IMG/VR virus record: IMGVR_UViG_3300031801_001562
DNA: 64,000 bases
Direction: 5' to 3' (one strand)
DNA from: a virus
Taxonomy: Duplodnaviria > Caudoviricetes
Every line of letters starts with the position of its first letter. The stretch's first letter is position 1. A model generated the notes under the pieces. That model was not told the DNA's origin. It made no database searches and worked only from the letters and a program-made list of their open reading frames with translations. Position numbers and translations under genes: made by a program. Shown here piece after piece: positions 28,663-37,393 of the stretch.

Positions 28663-28911
28663 CTAATTAAGTAATTCGCCATCATGTATGTACTGCAGCA
28701 GTTCAAACTCTGCTACGTCTTGTTCATATATGTCTACAGCACCGGTCAGATGCTCTATGGTTTTTTGCAGTCTATTATAGAGAGTTAAATCTGACCGGTC
28801 CGTATTCTTGTATATCTCTAATAGTGTATCTAGTTCATCTAACTGATTATCAATCCGACTTGATAAATCATTGCACATTATAGCAGCTTCGTCCATGGGT
28901 GAATTATGCAT
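28663..28911 (-). CDS. hypothetical early protein
   Basis: ORF. Confidence 0.5.
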   Translation of the reverse strand: MHNSPMDEAAIMCNDLSSRIDNQLDELDTLLEIYKNTDRSDLTLYNRLQKTIEHLTGAVDIYEQDVAEFELLQYIHDGELLN

Positions 28912-29332
28912 AACTCTCCATCATGGATTTACACACTTCAAGATTCTCTTCGAGGTTTCCTTCAAAACCAGAAAGCAATTTATTAGTTGGAAATTTTTCG
29001 AAACGGGAATTCCACTCTACACGAGTAGCACTAAGGTAGTGACGCATCTCGGATTTCGAAATAGCAATCTCCATCTCGGTTTTGAAACCTTCAGAGACTT
29101 CTACACCGCCAAGAATTTCTTCGTTGAAATATTCATTAGGGTCACCGACAATATAACTGTAAACGAAATCTACAGCGTCTGCAACAGATGGAGCACCGGA
29201 GATAATATAGTCATCTCCACCTTTGTTCTTCCACATCTGCGGACAGTCGCCTGAGCCGTCCCAGTCGTGGGCTCCATAGTTTTCACGTACTGCTGATTGT
29301 ACATGCACTTCAATACTCATAATCTCTCTCAT
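28904..29332 (-). CDS. hypothetical early phage protein
   Basis: ENYGAHDWDG..CPQMWKNKGG, phage-like early ORF. Confidence 0.6.
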   Translation of the reverse strand: MREIMSIEVHVQSAVRENYGAHDWDGSGDCPQMWKNKGGDDYIISGAPSVADAVDFVYSYIVGDPNEYFNEEILGGVEVSEGFKTEMEIAISKSEMRHYLSATRVEWNSRFEKFPTNKLLSGFEGNLEENLEVCKSMMESYA

Positions 29333-29340
29333 TATAATTA

Positions 29341-29535
29341 TTATAATTCGTCCATCTTATACAGATAACCTTCGAGATCCAGGAACGGACCTCCTCCAGC
29401 TTTACTCTCTGCTAGACTGATTCTGCCAATGTCGGCATCATTCTCATCAACGAACTGATGATATGCAGCAACCAAATCACGATGTGGTTGACACAAATCT
29501 AAATCACTCTTATCTATTTCTCTCAAATTTCTCAT
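29341..29535 (-). CDS. hypothetical early protein
   Basis: start moved to MRNL because the longer frame runs through the promoter. Confidence 0.5.
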   Translation of the reverse strand: MRNLREIDKSDLDLCQPHRDLVAAYHQFVDENDADIGRISLAESKAGGGPFLDLEGYLYKMDEL

Positions 29536-29572
29536 AATATACTCTCTCTCTTTTTCTTTATTCTCTATATAT

Positions 29573-29601
29573 ATTATACTACTATTTAAGAGAAATGTCA
29601 A
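29573..29601 (-). promoter_or_regulatory. sigma70 early promoter
   Basis: TTGACA-17-TATAAT. Confidence 0.88.
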
Positions 29602-29767
29602 CCTTTTTCTTTCGCAACAACTTCAATGAGTTACCCAGAGTACGTTGATATCATTGATAATCTTTTATCTTCAATAATTTCAGAGACTTACAGCGAAGCT
29701 GGCACATTGCTGCAGTTGTTGATTCAGTATATCACTATTCATATGGGCCTGAAAAGTCTATAGTTTT

Positions 29768-29812
29768 CATGCCGGTAGTCATGCCGGTAATGCCGGTAGT
29801 CATGCCGGTAGT
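29768..29812. repeat. tandem repeat, 4 copies of core TGCCGGTA
   Basis: CATGCCGGTAGT-CATGCCGGTA-ATGCCGGTAGT-CATGCCGGTAGT. Confidence 0.8.
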
Positions 29813-30133
29813 AGAAAATTATAATTGTTTTGTAAATTTTTCGGATTTTTGCGCGAGGCGCCGTTTAAATCCACTCTCTGGGACTATTTAACTCTCTTCT
29901 ACTCCGCGTAAACCATATTAATTAACCGTTTATAAACGGTCTCGTATCCGAGATTCCTGTTCGATAAAAGAGATTCCGGGATATGGGATAGTATACGGGA
30001 TACGAGATATGCATGGAAACGGCTGCAGTTACCGCTGAGAAACTAGTAGAAAAAGCGAACCCAGCGGGTGAGCTTCTATCTATTACTCTCTATATATGAC
30101 GCGAAACGACTTTCTATATATGAAGCGACGCGA

Positions 30134-30376
30134 CTACTTAGTGGGACCCATGTAAGTATCCATATAAGTATCTGGTTGATGAATCTCATCGAAGTCTTCC
30201 TCAAACTTTCTCTTTAAATAGTCTTTACATTCTTGTGAAATCTCTGTCATATTTTCAGCACACTCTTTAATCTCCTTCTCATACTTTTCATCCTCCAACA
30301 TGTAGAGAGGCGGTTCCTTTCCTTCTTCTCGTAGATGTTGCTTTAATGCTTTTTCAATTTCGTTATCTGTTATCAT
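30134..30376 (-). CDS. hypothetical acidic protein
   Basis: ORF. Confidence 0.5.
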   Translation of the reverse strand: MITDNEIEKALKQHLREEGKEPPLYMLEDEKYEKEIKECAENMTEISQECKDYLKRKFEEDFDEIHQPDTYMDTYMGPTK

Positions 30377-30390
30377 TGACTGTCTCTATG

Positions 30391-31317
30391 TTAGTTAATC
30401 TGTTGTTCCCAATTCTTTTCATCATGATTCAAACGTAGCTTATCCTGCAAGTACTCTTCAGAAGAAATTGGTGAGTGTTTATCTGGTTCATCTGTAAAAT
30501 TTTTGATCAATGCATCTCTACCAGGATCAACAAAGTAGGGCATCGTATAACGAGATTTTGTATGATCTCTATTAATGACTCTATGATTGGTTGATCTCAA
30601 CGTATCATTAGACCATCTTTGAAACATGTCTGCAACGTTCAATACTATAGAGTTTTCTACTGGTGGAGCTTCAATCCATTCTCCTGTTTCTCTATCCTCA
30701 ACCTGAAGACCTCCTACATCGTCGAATCGCCAGAGTAGAGTGATTGAACCGTAATCTGTATGTTCTCCTCCTCTATAGGTTTGTGGTCCGCGAACTGCAC
30801 AGTATGCAACAGCTGGATAATGAATCATTCTCATATTGACATATCCATTAACATGTCTATCTATTAAATATTTTTTTTTGAGTTTGAACATGCTTTCGAA
30901 CTTGTCGAAAAACTGATGAGAGAGTTGTTGGGAGATCTGAAGGATCTGTTGAGCGGATGATTTGAACTCTGGAATCTCTGTCGGCCAGTATTGCTCTTGC
31001 ATTCTAGCTGAATCAATCCAGTTATAGGACTCTTTCATATCACCTGGTCGACTCTGAATATGACCCATCTCTCCCCAGCCGGCGCGACACGTTAATGAGC
31101 CTCTTACTCCGCTGTATGTGTATTTCTTTTTCACTTCTAACGGTAGTTGGAAGAACTCTTCCATAAGTTGCTTCCAGTCTTGGAATTCTGATAGCCACTC
31201 ATTATAAACATTGGTGAAGACGGCGAACCCACAGGTAGTATATGCTCTGTGCATTTCTTCTATGCAAGTTTTACTTCTGAAATCAATTATTGGGATGGCC
31301 ATTTTTGTTCGAACCAA
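30391..31317 (-). CDS. isopenicillin N synthase-family 2OG-Fe(II) dioxygenase
   Basis: IPIIDF, HTDYGSITLL, LNVADM, HRV, SRYTMPYF. Confidence 0.92.
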   Translation of the reverse strand: MVRTKMAIPIIDFRSKTCIEEMHRAYTTCGFAVFTNVYNEWLSEFQDWKQLMEEFFQLPLEVKKKYTYSGVRGSLTCRAGWGEMGHIQSRPGDMKESYNWIDSARMQEQYWPTEIPEFKSSAQQILQISQQLSHQFFDKFESMFKLKKKYLIDRHVNGYVNMRMIHYPAVAYCAVRGPQTYRGGEHTDYGSITLLWRFDDVGGLQVEDRETGEWIEAPPVENSIVLNVADMFQRWSNDTLRSTNHRVINRDHTKSRYTMPYFVDPGRDALIKNFTDEPDKHSPISSEEYLQDKLRLNHDEKNWEQQIN

Positions 31318-31598
31318 GCCTCGTCAGGGAATTTCTTTCCAATCAAAGGGTCATTATTAGTCTTTTTTAACATGTTGATTGTATCTTTTCTTTGATGCTC
31401 TGGCAGTTCTTGAATCATACGTTTAACTGTGCCCCACTTTTCATTCAATGCATGTCTTTGTAGTATCTGTAGCATTTCGTGCTGCTGAAGATGTTCTGGA
31501 TGTTTCACCTGACCATCTGGATGAGGACTAGTGATATGACCTATTTCCTTATCTGCTAGTCTCTTCTCTGTAGCGTTTTCAAAATTGTATTTGTGCAT
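31287..31598 (-). CDS. hypothetical protein
   Basis: ORF. Confidence 0.5.
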   Translation of the reverse strand: MHKYNFENATEKRLADKEIGHITSPHPDGQVKHPEHLQQHEMLQILQRHALNEKWGTVKRMIQELPEHQRKDTINMLKKTNNDPLIGKKFPDEAWFEQKWPSQ

Positions 31599-31606
31599 AG
31601 GTAACT

Positions 31607-32008
31607 CTAAATTGCTGCTGTTAGACGTTCGACGAACTTTACGTGTTCTTTTGGTCGCTTGCCTTTATATTGAAAAGTATATGTTCGCTTCTCTAAATCA
31701 TCTAAAACCATCTGTAACTGCTCTTTACTAAAATCATTTATCTCATCACTCACATCTTCTAAGACATAGTAAATCTCATGTTCAGCTTCATGCAGCCATC
31801 CATCAAGAGCTTCCCGATAGATTATCTTATTACTATTACTCGCAGACATTATAGACATCCGCAACCAATTTTTAATTCTATTAATATTATCGTAAGCATT
31901 AAACTCAAATAACCAATCATGCATAAAATCGACTTTCTCCTGAACGTCTTTTATACGCTTCGCCCTTACTCTAGCTACCTGCCAACTAATATTCCAATTT
32001 GTTTTCAT
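31607..32008 (-). CDS. hypothetical early protein
   Basis: start MKTNW just downstream of promoter. Confidence 0.6.
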   Translation of the reverse strand: MKTNWNISWQVARVRAKRIKDVQEKVDFMHDWLFEFNAYDNINRIKNWLRMSIMSASNSNKIIYREALDGWLHEAEHEIYYVLEDVSDEINDFSKEQLQMVLDDLEKRTYTFQYKGKRPKEHVKFVERLTAAI

Positions 32009-32015
32009 AATATAT

Positions 32016-32044
32016 ATTATACTACAATATAGAAAACAAGTCAA
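32016..32044 (-). promoter_or_regulatory. sigma70 promoter
   Basis: TTGACT-17-TATAAT. Confidence 0.75.
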
Positions 32045-32209
32045 GTTAATTTTACAACATTAACCACACGAGTTCTTCTTTAAACACAATCATAGATATT
32101 ATCACACTGAATGCGATCACTAGAGCAACTCGTGTCTCGAAATCTCCCTGTGGCGACTCGTAATTCATCTCTGAATGTATCGGATATCCCCACTGGTCGT
32201 ATTCGACTT

Positions 32210-32395
32210 TCATTTCTTCTTCTTAGTTTTCTTTTTAACAAGACCTTTTACTTTCTTAGCGGTCTTCTTAACCTTTTTTGCTGTGTCCACAACTTTTTCT
32301 GCTGTGTCTACGGCGCTCTTAGTTTCTTCAATAATCTCTTTGTGATTACCCATCAGCGTTTGTGCATGATGCTTCAATTTACTCAAAAATCCCAT
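32210..32395 (-). CDS. small Lys-rich protein
   Basis: ORF with RBS, repetitive AVDTA/KKVK. Confidence 0.5.
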   Translation of the reverse strand: MGFLSKLKHHAQTLMGNHKEIIEETKSAVDTAEKVVDTAKKVKKTAKKVKGLVKKKTKKKK

Positions 32396-32448
32396 ATTTA
32401 CCTTTCATTATGAGTTTGTTTTTTAACCACCTAGGGCCGGGGTGGCTT

Positions 32449-32967
32449 TTATATTTCGATTCCGGCATCGAACTTTATGTGTTCTACTTCTTTCATCCCT
32501 ATTCCTTTTATGCGATAGGCTTTACCGAAGCCCTTTATATAAGTTCCACGCATAGGAAGAAAACGAAACATCTTAAAGTCATCTAAGGACACTAAAGTAT
32601 TTATTATATCTCCAAATTTTGCAGTAAATCGGGATACCAAATCATCCCAGAGTAAGTGTCCGGCTCCCATTTCTCTAGCTATTTGCAATGTGCTGCAATA
32701 AAAAATAAGGCGAGTTCTAACGTATATCTGTTCACACTGTTCTTCTGACTCAATGAACATCAATGAAGTATTACGTTGTGCGATTAGAGATGCGGTGCGT
32801 TTTGAAAGGGTACTTACTAGAATGTAAATGTTCTTATTTTCATCTACTATACAAGGCGAGTAACTTATCTCTGGTGCCACTCCACCTCGAAACTCGTTCA
32901 CTGTTGAGATGTAGACACTTTTTGCGATATTCATGAATTCAACGTATTCATCATAAATCTTTTTCAT
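32449..32967 (-). CDS. HutZ/HugZ-like split-barrel protein (PNPOx-like, heme utilisation family)
   Basis: SYSPC..IYILVSTLSKRT, SLMFIESE, RTRL, DFKMFRF..GTYIKGFGKAY. Confidence 0.75.
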   Translation of the reverse strand: MKKIYDEYVEFMNIAKSVYISTVNEFRGGVAPEISYSPCIVDENKNIYILVSTLSKRTASLIAQRNTSLMFIESEEQCEQIYVRTRLIFYCSTLQIAREMGAGHLLWDDLVSRFTAKFGDIINTLVSLDDFKMFRFLPMRGTYIKGFGKAYRIKGIGMKEVEHIKFDAGIEI

Positions 32968-32982
32968 AATATATTTTATGCT

Positions 32983-33213
32983 TTATTTTTTTGGTTCGTC
33001 TGGAAGGTATCGTCTGCTCTTTTTAATAATCCTATCTTTTCGCTTCTTTTTTTCTTTTTGCTTCTCTTTCTCTTTATCCGTTAGAGCTAACATAGGTGGA
33101 CTCTCTTGAGTATCTGAATACGTAGGTCTTACGGCAGCAGCAAATGATGTGGTTGAGAGTTTTTCTGTAGGATGGGCTTTGAAGTATTCTCCAAATTCTT
33201 TAAATGTTTTCAT
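32983..33213 (-). CDS. small T4-like protein
   Basis: MKTFKEF start. Confidence 0.5.
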   Translation of the reverse strand: MKTFKEFGEYFKAHPTEKLSTTSFAAAVRPTYSDTQESPPMLALTDKEKEKQKEKKKRKDRIIKKSRRYLPDEPKK

Positions 33214-33215
33214 AT

Positions 33216-33578
33216 TTACATATTTCCTATTGCCCTTCGTTTCTTCATGGACATTTCTACTTTGACGTTATCTTGCTCGGCTTTCTTTATTGTGTTGTCG
33301 CGGCTTTTAGCAAGAAATATTTTATCCCGAGATTTCTTCTGACCGCCGACCGACCTGGCCATCATCTCATTTTTACTTGTTACCTTAATCTTCTTAGGTG
33401 GGTGTTTGTGTATCTGTTCTTTTGTTATTGTAACTTCTGATGCTTCTAGAGTCATTGTCTGACCATGTTGATGCGCGCCAAATGGAGGATTAACTTCATA
33501 TTGTTCTATATTACCCCTTTTATCTAAGCTATGACTAAGCACTTCTAACTCTTCCTCACCCAAACTTGGATGCCGCAC
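33216..33578 (-). CDS. hypothetical basic protein
   Basis: ORF in run. Confidence 0.5.
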   Translation of the reverse strand: MRHPSLGEEELEVLSHSLDKRGNIEQYEVNPPFGAHQHGQTMTLEASEVTITKEQIHKHPPKKIKVTSKNEMMARSVGGQKKSRDKIFLAKSRDNTIKKAEQDNVKVEMSMKKRRAIGNM

Positions 33579-33587
33579 ATGGGTAGC

Positions 33588-33860
33588 TCAATTATGTTCC
33601 AGAGCTTTTTCGGAGATTGTATCTAATTTATCTGCTATCCATTCATAGGGATCACCGGAGCGAGCTTTCATCACTCCGTATGGCATATCCGTCTGCCAGT
33701 GATTAATTAATGCATCATATAACTTTGGCAAATCTAACAAATCTTGCTTACCGTCTTTAAATGCTTTGTAATCTTTAGCATGCGCTCTGAGGATCGTTTG
33801 GAGATCGCGATCCATGCGCAGTTCTTGTTCATTAATTATATGCTCTATGAACGATTTCAT
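33588..33860 (-). CDS. small T4-like protein
   Basis: MKSFIEH start. Confidence 0.55.
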   Translation of the reverse strand: MKSFIEHIINEQELRMDRDLQTILRAHAKDYKAFKDGKQDLLDLPKLYDALINHWQTDMPYGVMKARSGDPYEWIADKLDTISEKALEHN

Positions 33861-35839
33861 CCGGTTATTTTCCTTTTCTTATTCCACACACCGAGAAAAC
33901 CACCTTTATAATATATGTGTGGTTCTCCGCCTTTTTTGAATGACTTCGATAAGGTCTTTTCAGCTTTCATTACATCTTTTTTGTCTACCCATAGCTTGCC
34001 ATCTTCCCAATAGCTTTTAATACCAGCGTCATCTAACGCCATATCGGCCTGAAGCTTATTACTTTCGTCAACTTTCTTTTTAGAAGCTCTATCGAATTTA
34101 AATGCTTGATAATCTTTCTTAGCTGCTTGGAAATCTGCACGTTTCGATTTAATATTTTGTCCCGGTGGTTGACTAGTGTCTCCAACCCTTGAAGCGGCTA
34201 CTTTAGATACAGCTCTTTGTTGATCAGCTTTTCTGTTAGCTGCAACTGCCGCGCGATCTAAATATTTTTTTGTAATTTCGCTGACGGTCTCTTCTTTATC
34301 TTCTGTCGCTTTCTTTATTGCTTTCTTAGCTACGTGCTTTATTGCTGCTCTGGCAACGAACGCACCGATTGGTCCGAGTTCTTTAACCTCAACTTCGTCA
34401 TAAAAAGTATCTCTGGTAGCTTGCTTTCCTGGATTTCTCCGCTTCTCTCTTCCGACTGTAGTTCTAAACAGACTTTTGGAAATTGGACCTTCCGGTTGTT
34501 TTTCAACTTTTCCACCTTTCTTTTTAAAAGCAGCGATTTTGTCAGCGTAATCGCTTTCTTTTTCATCAATAACATCTTCCTTTTTAAAAGCTGTGTTCCG
34601 TTGTTTGACATCGACAGCCGCATCGAATTTTGCTGCTTGTTTCTCTCTCTTTGCTGCCTTTTCACCTGCCTCTTTCGCACCAAAAGCGTGTCCTTTACCA
34701 GGAACTCTTTTTGCCCAAGCTTGTGCATCTCTTTGTGTTGCGGCATCCTTCTTTGCTGCGCTCGATGCGCGTTGTAATATGCCACCGGGTTCTGTTGAAA
34801 GTTCAGCGAAAGTCTTCTTATTACCTTCAACTCTCTCATCAGTATAACCAGTGTACTTATCTTTCTTAGGATTCTGATTTGGGTAGCCGTGTTCCTTCTC
34901 ACTTCTTTTCTTCTTTATTGTTCCGACATATTCATCTATCATTTTTCCATCCTTGTAATGAGCGGCATGTTTATGATCACCGCCGCCGCTACGAATCTTA
35001 TCTAATTTTTTATCATCCTGATATTTACTTACAGAATATCTTTGACCAGTTTTTGTATTTTTAATACTATACAAACCTTCATCAATCTCAACTTCTTCGG
35101 TCGTTCGGAAGCCGGCTTGTACTGGATTATCTATTGTACCAAAAACATATTGGTGCAGATCTTTAGGTATAATCTTTTTGGCTTTGACCTCATTGTCTCT
35201 CTGAACATATATTCTGTCTCCAAACATCTGCGAGCTGGCATACTTTGCTGGTATACCCTTTTTCTTTAAGAGTCCTATTGCTTTCTCAGAATCTTTTTTA
35301 ATTTCTGGATGTTTTCTACCTTTAGGATCAGGTTTTGACTTGTCTCTGCTGTCTTCATTTACTTCTTCCCACCTCTTCTTACCTTTAGGTGGATCAAGCT
35401 GAGGATTTGGCTGTCCTTTCTTAAACTTTCTAACACTTGTTTCGCCTTCTCTAGTATGTCCTTGTAATTGACGTTTTAGAGTTTTTGATTCTCTTTTCGA
35501 TAATCCGCCGATTCCATCAACCCATGCGTCTTTGTCTACTGTAGAAGTTTTATTGCCCATTTTCATTTGATATTTTTTAACATAGTCGTTCAGATTCGCT
35601 TCTCTTATTCTTTTAGTAAATCTTTGAAATGTCTCGGTACTTGGACGACTTGTAAGGTTTAGCTTCTGCAACCTTTTCCTTTTCTCGTCTGTATCTGTTA
35701 GTGCTTTGGATTTTATGTCCGGACGATCAGGCTTCACTTGACCCATAGAATCTGGTTTACACTGCGACGCCAGAGCAGACGTTTTGGACAATCCGGGAGT
35801 GTCGCAATATGCGGGTCTCTCTTGGAGGTTATCTGTCAT
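33857..35839 (-). CDS. large basic modular protein with EEV/IDE linkers (putative protease-processed internal head protein)
   Basis: basic modules separated by EEVNE, EEVEIDE, EDVIDE, DEVEVKE, EETVSE. Confidence 0.55.
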   Translation of the reverse strand: MTDNLQERPAYCDTPGLSKTSALASQCKPDSMGQVKPDRPDIKSKALTDTDEKRKRLQKLNLTSRPSTETFQRFTKRIREANLNDYVKKYQMKMGNKTSTVDKDAWVDGIGGLSKRESKTLKRQLQGHTREGETSVRKFKKGQPNPQLDPPKGKKRWEEVNEDSRDKSKPDPKGRKHPEIKKDSEKAIGLLKKKGIPAKYASSQMFGDRIYVQRDNEVKAKKIIPKDLHQYVFGTIDNPVQAGFRTTEEVEIDEGLYSIKNTKTGQRYSVSKYQDDKKLDKIRSGGGDHKHAAHYKDGKMIDEYVGTIKKKRSEKEHGYPNQNPKKDKYTGYTDERVEGNKKTFAELSTEPGGILQRASSAAKKDAATQRDAQAWAKRVPGKGHAFGAKEAGEKAAKREKQAAKFDAAVDVKQRNTAFKKEDVIDEKESDYADKIAAFKKKGGKVEKQPEGPISKSLFRTTVGREKRRNPGKQATRDTFYDEVEVKELGPIGAFVARAAIKHVAKKAIKKATEDKEETVSEITKKYLDRAAVAANRKADQQRAVSKVAASRVGDTSQPPGQNIKSKRADFQAAKKDYQAFKFDRASKKKVDESNKLQADMALDDAGIKSYWEDGKLWVDKKDVMKAEKTLSKSFKKGGEPHIYYKGGFLGVWNKKRKITG

Positions 35840-35864
35840 AATTTCTTTCTAGAAAAATTATTAA

Positions 35865-36012
35865 ATAGTGGCGACGCCGGAACACATGACTTGGCCATGC
35901 TTTAGCTTCTTTCGGAAGCTTCCTTGTGAACGATCAGAGTCGGACTCGTAAACGATTGTAATCCCCTACGGGGACATCTCACCAATGACTTAACGCCCCA
36001 CTTCGCCACTAT
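35865..36012 (-). ncRNA. candidate structured ncRNA or leader (~148 nt)
   Basis: 10-bp terminal helix ATAGTGGCGA/TCGCCACTAT, internal hairpins TCCCC/GGGGA and AGCTTC/GAAGCT, AAGUCAU twice. Confidence 0.55.
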
Positions 36013-36038
36013 ATGATATCTCTTCTATTTATTATAAT

Positions 36039-36173
36039 TCAGTCCGCAGCACTCATTTGTCGATAATATGAGTGTCGTTTACGTCCTTTAGAATTTCCTA
36101 ACCATCTGTAGTAGGTACACATCGTACATCTAGGGCTTCTTTTTCTCCAACCTTTTCGCTTCCTCTTGCCCAC
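36039..36173 (-). CDS. 44-aa very basic CxxC peptide
   Basis: hand translation MGKRKRKGWRKRSPRCTMCTYYRWLGNSKGRKRHSYYRQMSAAD (GTG start). Confidence 0.45.
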   Translation of the reverse strand: MGKRKRKGWRKRSPRCTMCTYYRWLGNSKGRKRHSYYRQMSAAD

Positions 36174-36366
36174 TTTCTTACTCAAATCCCCGCCACTGGC
36201 TCTTCTTCGACCAGCAATTGAGGTTCTTCTTGGCGTGCTCTCATTTCTTCTCCGATTCCCTCTCTAAATTTGATTTCTGCTTGTAATTTACCGAGTAAAC
36301 CCCTCATTTCTGAGGTTGACATATTTTTAATATCTATTACGCTCCAAGTTTCCATTATTATATCCT

Positions 36367-36591
36367 CTAGTCATTTGTTAAAGTTGGTTCGCCTCTGTCA
36401 TAATATTTCCAGCCTCTGTGACAAGGGCTCTGCTTTCTTTTAGCATATGCCTTATCTGTATAAGTTCCACCTTCTCCTTCACACTCTGCAAAAAATGGTG
36501 TCATTCCACTAGGCCAATTGTTGCTCTTTGTTGAACAAGATATTCCTATTGTTATTGCAAATACTATTATTGCTATTAGTTTCCATTTCAT
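36367..36591 (-). CDS. putative small lipoprotein
   Basis: MKWKLIAIIVFAITIGISC lipobox-like. Confidence 0.6.
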   Translation of the reverse strand: MKWKLIAIIVFAITIGISCSTKSNNWPSGMTPFFAECEGEGGTYTDKAYAKRKQSPCHRGWKYYDRGEPTLTND

Positions 36592-37007
36592 CCGTATATT
36601 CCCTCTTGATAAATTGGGCTCGACTCATGAGCTGGAGTCGAATGAGTTAATGTTTTAATCTCTACTGCCCTATCCAAGAGCATGTGCTCGATCTTAATGG
36701 GTTCCATCTCCACAAATTCCACTAGAACTTCATTTGAAGAAAATTCTGCACATGAATATACATCACATTGCACTAATGCCGGAGACGTTTCATCCCAGAT
36801 ATGTATTGCTATGTGACTTGTTTCTATCATTACTATTGCTGTTAAACCACGATTACCTTCCTTGGACACATATGCAGCATATGGGCCCTTGATAATGTTC
36901 ATATCTATTTTGTTTACTAAATTTCGAAGCCATTTTTTAATTTCTTTTTCACCCGTCATCGGGTTATTCACCTCAGCCCTAATAATCAAATGCTTATGTT
37001 CAGGCAT
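36588..37007 (-). CDS. speD: pyruvoyl-dependent decarboxylase, S-adenosylmethionine decarboxylase family
   Basis: HKHLII, GLTAIVMIETSHIAIHIWDE, CDVYSC. Confidence 0.85.
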   Translation of the reverse strand: MPEHKHLIIRAEVNNPMTGEKEIKKWLRNLVNKIDMNIIKGPYAAYVSKEGNRGLTAIVMIETSHIAIHIWDETSPALVQCDVYSCAEFSSNEVLVEFVEMEPIKIEHMLLDRAVEIKTLTHSTPAHESSPIYQEGIYG

Positions 37008-37072
37008 CCTCTCTCTCCTGTTATAAATGCTGAGGGCGTGTCGTCGGAACGACACTCCGAGCCCCCAACAAA

Positions 37073-37393
37073 TTATTTACATTTATATAATGTATAACTC
37101 CAAGTAAGTTCTTCTCCGGATTCAATGTCTCTTAAAGCACCGATCCACCAAGTTTTAGGGTCCATCAAAAGTTTGAAACAATTAGGATCTTCAGAATGAT
37201 TACCAAATCCTCCTAGAGGAGTTCTAATGAATCCGTTTTCAGAGCTTTCATTTGCATGATGGGTAACCCCAATTATTGTTTGCGCTACAATTTTGGCTGT
37301 TGCGAAAAGTCCTAGTCCGGAGACAGGAGATTCTTTAATTGTTATATAGTGGGGTAATGGTTTATACATATTATCTTTATTTATATTTCTCAA
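37073..37393 (-). CDS. minimal SET-domain protein (lysine methyltransferase family)
   Basis: SPVSGLGLFAT, FGNHSEDPN, ALRDIESGEELTWSY. Confidence 0.88.
   Translation of the reverse strand: MRNINKDNMYKPLPHYITIKESPVSGLGLFATAKIVAQTIIGVTHHANESSENGFIRTPLGGFGNHSEDPNCFKLLMDPKTWWIGALRDIESGEELTWSYTLYKCK

Noticed and set aside
28151-29812. CRISPR array in the periodic repeats
   Set aside because: Repeats are short and degenerate or directly tandem, with no unique spacers between constant repeats and no cas genes.
26742-37056. 12-nt match AGTGTCGTTTAC at 26742 and 36071, and 9-nt complementarity of the ncRNA to the speD leader hairpin
   Set aside because: Matches this short are expected by chance when a 200-nt query is scanned across 64 kb on both strands.
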